Assembly: GCA_951406725.2 (NCBI GenBank)
Contig: OX597843.1
Span: forward strand, 19,964,001 to 20,028,000
Reading direction: 5' to 3'
DNA length: 64,000 bases
Source of the DNA: Octopus vulgaris
Lineage: Eukaryota
The position numbers and the translations under genes were made by a program. Positions 59,340-64,000 of the stretch are shown here, in pieces. How positions within the stretch are numbered: the first letter of the stretch is position 1; each line of letters starts with the position of its first letter. The notes beneath the pieces are model-generated. The model saw only the letters and a program-made list of their open reading frames with translations, was not told the DNA's origin and searched no databases.

Positions 59340-62300
59340 ACAATACAAGAGAAGGTAGCAAGAATGACCACCAAATTCAAAGGCGACGACGAACAAAAGC
59401 TCGAAAACCTGGCTAATACAATCTACCAGGAAGGAGAGAAAAGATTTGGACCGGAAACAACAGGGAAGGTAGAATCAACGGCAAAGAGCGAACCATCGAG
59501 GAGAGAAAGACGGGTTGCAAAGATTCGAGAAGAGAAGAAAAAACTCGGAACCAGATGGAGGGATGCAAGGGAGGAGGAAAGAGAAGGACTAAAGCAGCTA
59601 TATGAAGAGATAAAAAAGAGGCATCGAGATCTGCTAAGAAAACAAAAAAGGAGAGAGAAAAGAACTATCGTAGCTTCGTGAACAATCCCTATCAATATGC
59701 GAAACATCTATTTACTGAAAGTAAAAGCGGAAAATTGGATTGCACGAAAGAAGAGCTCAAACAACATCTGAAAGAGACATACAGCGACTCTCACAGAAAT
59801 GAAGTTCTCCCAGAAATGCACGGACTGAAGAAACCACCTGAACCAAAAGTACCATTTGATCTGAGCGACATGAAACGGAAAGAAATGGATGAGTTCATAA
59901 GGAAAGCAAGAGCAAAAAGTGCACCAGGGAACGATGGAGTGAGCTACAAGGTATACAAATATTGCCCGAAATTAAGTTTGCAGCTGTTTGCCCTGATAAG
60001 AGAAATGTGGAAGAAGAAAGATGTGGCGAAGCGATGGTGTATAGCCGAAGGTATCTTTCTACCTAAAGAAAAAGAGGGGAAAACACTAGGCCAATTTAGA
60101 CCGATTTCACTACTAAATACGGACGGGAAAATCATGTTGGAATAATTGCTAGACGAATCATAAGATTCGTACAGCATAACGGATACGTTAATGAAGCGAT
60201 TCAAAAAGCAGGAATCCCCGGAATCCCTGGGTGCATAAAACACGCATTTTCCATCTGGGAAGCCATCACCTGTGCAAAACAAATGAAGACCAACCTGTAT
60301 ATTGTTTGGCTAGATCTTGCCAATGCTTATGGATCTGTTCCGCACGCAATAATAAAAACAGCGATGGACTTCTTTTGGATTCCAAAAGATGTTCAACGAA
60401 TGCTCATGTCGTACTACGACAACCTGAGGATGAGATTTACAGCAGGAAAGTTCACAACGGAGTGGCAACGGCTTGAAATAGGTATTGTAGCCGGATGCAC
60501 GATATCGGTCATCTTATTCGTGCTAGTCATGGAAATGCTACTCAGATCGACAAACTGTGAGAAAGATGTTACTAAGACACCATTAAGGGCTTTTATGGAC
60601 GATGTAACTATATTATCGGAGAGTAGAGAAGCAGCAGAGGGAACGCTAGAGCGATTGGACGAACTGATTGGATGGGCAAGGATGAAATCCAAAGCCAAAA
60701 ACTCTCGAAGCGTGGCTTTCGTGAAAGGAAGGCAAGAAGTGAAATTCAGGATAGGAAGTGAAGACATACCAACGGTGAAAGAACAACCAGTAAAAAGTCT
60801 CGGCAGATGGTATAGAGATTTATTAAATGATAAGAAGCAAGGGAAAGAAACACACGAGTTAGTAGAACAAGGATTAAAGGCAATTGACAGAACAACGCTG
60901 CCGGGAAAATTCAAATGTTGGATACTGCAATTTGGGTTGTACCCAAGAATAATGTGTAAACAGGGCGATCGGAAAACTAAGGCACGCAGATATAGTCGGA
61001 GCGACGCAAGAAGCTACAACCGGCCTAGGGTCGCAAAATTTCAGGCCATTTTGCAAGAGCAGTATAAAAGAGATGAAAGAGGCAGTGGTATACGAAGAAA
61101 GGCGGGTGCAATGCAGGCAATAGGGACAGTTCCTGAGATGAGAGAAATATGTGATCAACCGCAGAATATCATGGAAGGAACTTTGGGCTTGGGAACAAGC
61201 AAGGACATCCTTCCTGATCAAGTCTATCTTCGACGTTCTACCCTCACCGGCGAACTGAGTCCGGTGGAACAGAAAAACATCCGATGAGTGTAGATGCGGA
61301 GAGAATGCGACGGTTAGACATGTTCTGTCAAGTTGCAGACTAGCACTTGAAAGAAATACATGGCGGCATAATCAAGCCCTCGGCGTCATAAGTGCAGCAC
61401 TCAAAGATAAGAACGAGAGGTACAATAGGGGAGAGTGCCCAAAAGTGGGAAAGCGCAGGAAAGTATACTTCCACGGGGAGGGAAAAGGTTATAAAACCAG
61501 GCCTACAAGTAAAGTATACGAGATAGACGAAAGATGGAAGGGATACTGGGAGGTGGCCACGGACTTGGAAAGACAAGTAGTATTTCCACTAATAAAAACA
61601 ACAAAAAAACCAGATTTAGTCCTATGGAACAGAGACCGGAGAATGGGAATTTTACTAGAACTGACAGTACCTTGGGAAGAGAACATCGGCAATGCAGAGG
61701 AACGAAAGAAGAAGAGGTATGAAAAGCTAATCGAAGAATGCAGAGAACAGGGATGGAATGTCGAATATTATCACCTGGCAGTGGGGGATACAGGCTTCAT
61801 TGAAAGGAAAATGACAACGCTTTTCAAAAGAAGATTTGATTTTTCTAGCCCCGAGCTGCGTAAACTAATAAGGAGAGTACAGGGGGCGGTCGAAAAAGCC
61901 AGCTTCTATATATGGCTGAAAGTCATAAACTCGCCGACGGGAAATAACATCATTAGGTGAGACAAGCTGACTGACATGTGACGGTCGTTTAGAAAAAGCG
62001 CGGGCTAAAACTTAACGTCTTCACTAGTCAGTTAAGGTGAGACAGTGCCACGTGACAACCTCTTGGAGCCTATACTGCAGGTATTTAAAGGGAAAATTTT
62101 GACAAGACAGTCAGTCACCGACTGACACTCACTGACGATACATCGAAGAGGCCAGGGATTAGAAGAAAGAAGAAGAACGAAGACATGCACCCAACACCAG
62201 AGCTAAAGACACCTCCCAAAGGGGGGGGGGGGCGCCACGTCAAAACGGTAGAGGGGTAGGGGCCGAAACCTGACGTGGTTCTTCCTGATGAGGTCTTCAG

Positions 62301-62361
62301 CTACCTGGATCCTATACAGGAGCTGTTGGGGTAGCAGACCACAAAACACGGTTGTAATTCC
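59340..62361 (+). mobile_element. Hero-clade non-LTR retrotransposon, copy 2 (internal deletions)
   Basis: SAPGNDG, QFRPISLLN, WLDLANAYGSVPH, AFMDD, LELTVPWEE; shares 3' end aacacggttgtaattcct with copy 1. Confidence 0.9.
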
Positions 62362-62996
62362 TCTGGGTGTGGGGATTTTTCCAAACATTCCTTAACCTTT
62401 TTGGAGTACTTACTCGCGTTCCTAGTAATCAGTGTAATTTTATATTTTTGATGTTTTAATAATATATACTTTAGTTCATAGGTCTAAAACGTTCTTTGTT
62501 AACTTGGGTGTGGAGATTTTTCAAGAAATTCCTTAACTTTTTTGGAGTAATTTCTCGCATTCCTTGAGGAAGAGATCCGAGGTTTTGGTGCTTTGTGACT
62601 CCATATTTGAGGTTTGGGTGTGTTGGGGGTATGGTGGGGTTTGTTAATCAGTATAGAAGTGATAGGAGTGAATGGTCAACAAAATATACTTGATTGGGGT
62701 GGCGTTGGGAGGTGGCAGGGTGTTAAAGGAGTGTTTTCTGAAGCATTTGAATAGTTGAACTTTGGTCACAAATCTAATGACCATGGTTTTCCAAGATCTT
62801 TCTGTTAGTGATTTTCTATGATTTAGGTGTGTGTCTGGGGGCTGTTAATGATGCGTAAGACACATGACTTTGGATGAAAATGTTTGTTGATAGAAGTATT
62901 TTATATATATACATACATACAAATATATATATATATATTAGCATTAAAGACCCGTCGTTACTGGTTCATAGTGCTAGTGCATGTATATATGTTTAA

Positions 62997-63325
62997 AGAC
63001 TCCCTTCGGTCATGAATGACCATGGGACTGCACCTAGAAAGTTACCCTCCTAGACACAAGTCCGGGCAAGGTTGTTTATGGAAGACCAGCAGTCGCCCAT
63101 GCATACCAGCCTCCCCTCTCCACGCCACCAGTGTTATCCAAGGGAAAGACAAAGGTCGATACAGCTTGGCACCAGTGACGTCGCAACTCATTTCTACAGC
63201 TGAGTGAACTGGAGCAACGTGAAATAAAGTGCTTTGCTCAAGAACACAACACGCAGCCCGGTCCGGGATTCGAGCTCACAACCTCACGATCGTAAGCTCG
63301 ACGCTCTAACCACTGAGCCATGCGT
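62997..63325 (-). mobile_element. tRNA-derived CORE-type SINE
   Basis: Reverse-complement match to 18230-18542. Confidence 0.85.
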
Positions 63326-63479
63326 ATATATATATATATGTGTGTACATATTACATGTACATCTATATATATACATCTACACATAAAATACAAAATACAA
63401 AGTTATATCTTGATATCGCTAGTGATAACAATACTCAAAATATATAACAGACTGGAATTGTTAGCCCGTCTCTTGTAAT

Positions 63480-63790
63480 TTCGATCAGTTGTATCTTGTC
63501 CTCCCGCTTGTATAGAAGTGTGGCTTCAATCAAGCCTACCCCTACTTCGGTTGGGCGGGGGCATGCATTTAAATTTTTTTCCGGGAAGCCCTACGTCCCA
63601 GATATAAAGGTAAAAATTAAATATTTCCACTTTGCAAGTTCGAGTCGAGTACTCCCTTGCACGCTCCGTTGACTCGAACCTTGCTTCTATTGTGGCGAAT
63701 TTACCGCCTCTGATTAGAAACCTTTCATAGTCGCACCAAGACACTTTTCGATGGTGCTTTCCTCCATGTGTTCAAATCTTTTTTCTCTAC
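63480..63790 (-). mobile_element. ORF1-like fragment related to 2290-3960
   Basis: KFATIEARFESTERAREYST vs EYATVDVRFTSEEEAMRNAT. Confidence 0.45.
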
Positions 63791-64000
63791 ATTGTATACT
63801 TTATAGACAATAGTCTTTTATTTAATTTAATTTTTTATTATCCATCTGGACTATTCCATTTCTGCACGCTAATTTTATTTTTAATTTATTCCCATTCATG
63901 TGAAACCACTTATTCAAGTTCAAATCATTGATGCAATTTTATATCACTTGCTATTTTTAATTTTGTTATGTTACGATTATATTATACTTTGGTTTGATTT

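Noticed and set aside
62259-62298. Type II hammerhead-like motif (ggcc GAAA..CUGAUGA ggtc) in Hero 3' region
   Set aside because: Only 4 nt are available for stem I, and the CUGAUGA is absent in copy 1.

Overview
AT-rich, microsatellite-laden animal genomic DNA. The SINE families and (TA)n/(CA)n/(TATG)n/(AAT)n density look like an octopus/cephalopod genome (inference). Almost all of it is decayed transposable elements: CR1, RTE, Hero and R4/Dong LINEs, at least six Penelope-like (PLE) pieces, Gypsy remnants, Helitrons, hAT, Tc1/mariner and tRNA-SINEs. The one well-supported host gene is a minus-strand leucine-rich-repeat gene, with a signal-peptide/LRRNT exon at 28063-28270 and a 72-bp LRR exon at 5178-5249. 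Four things stand out. (1) Recurrent outward-facing fold-back elements sit in (TA)n tracts and carry hammerhead ribozyme motifs; one (53757-54521) has a hammerhead at the apex of a ~125-bp palindrome and looks like a ~557-nt circular-RNA monomer. (2) An ORF1-only (HAL1-like) zinc-knuckle family has a conserved unnamed C-terminal domain. (3) Both Hero LINE copies have a TATA+Inr module in the 3' end. (4) Two composite Helitrons have two 5' ends. All calls were made by eye, TE boundaries are approximate, and many ORF-track entries are microsatellite artefacts.
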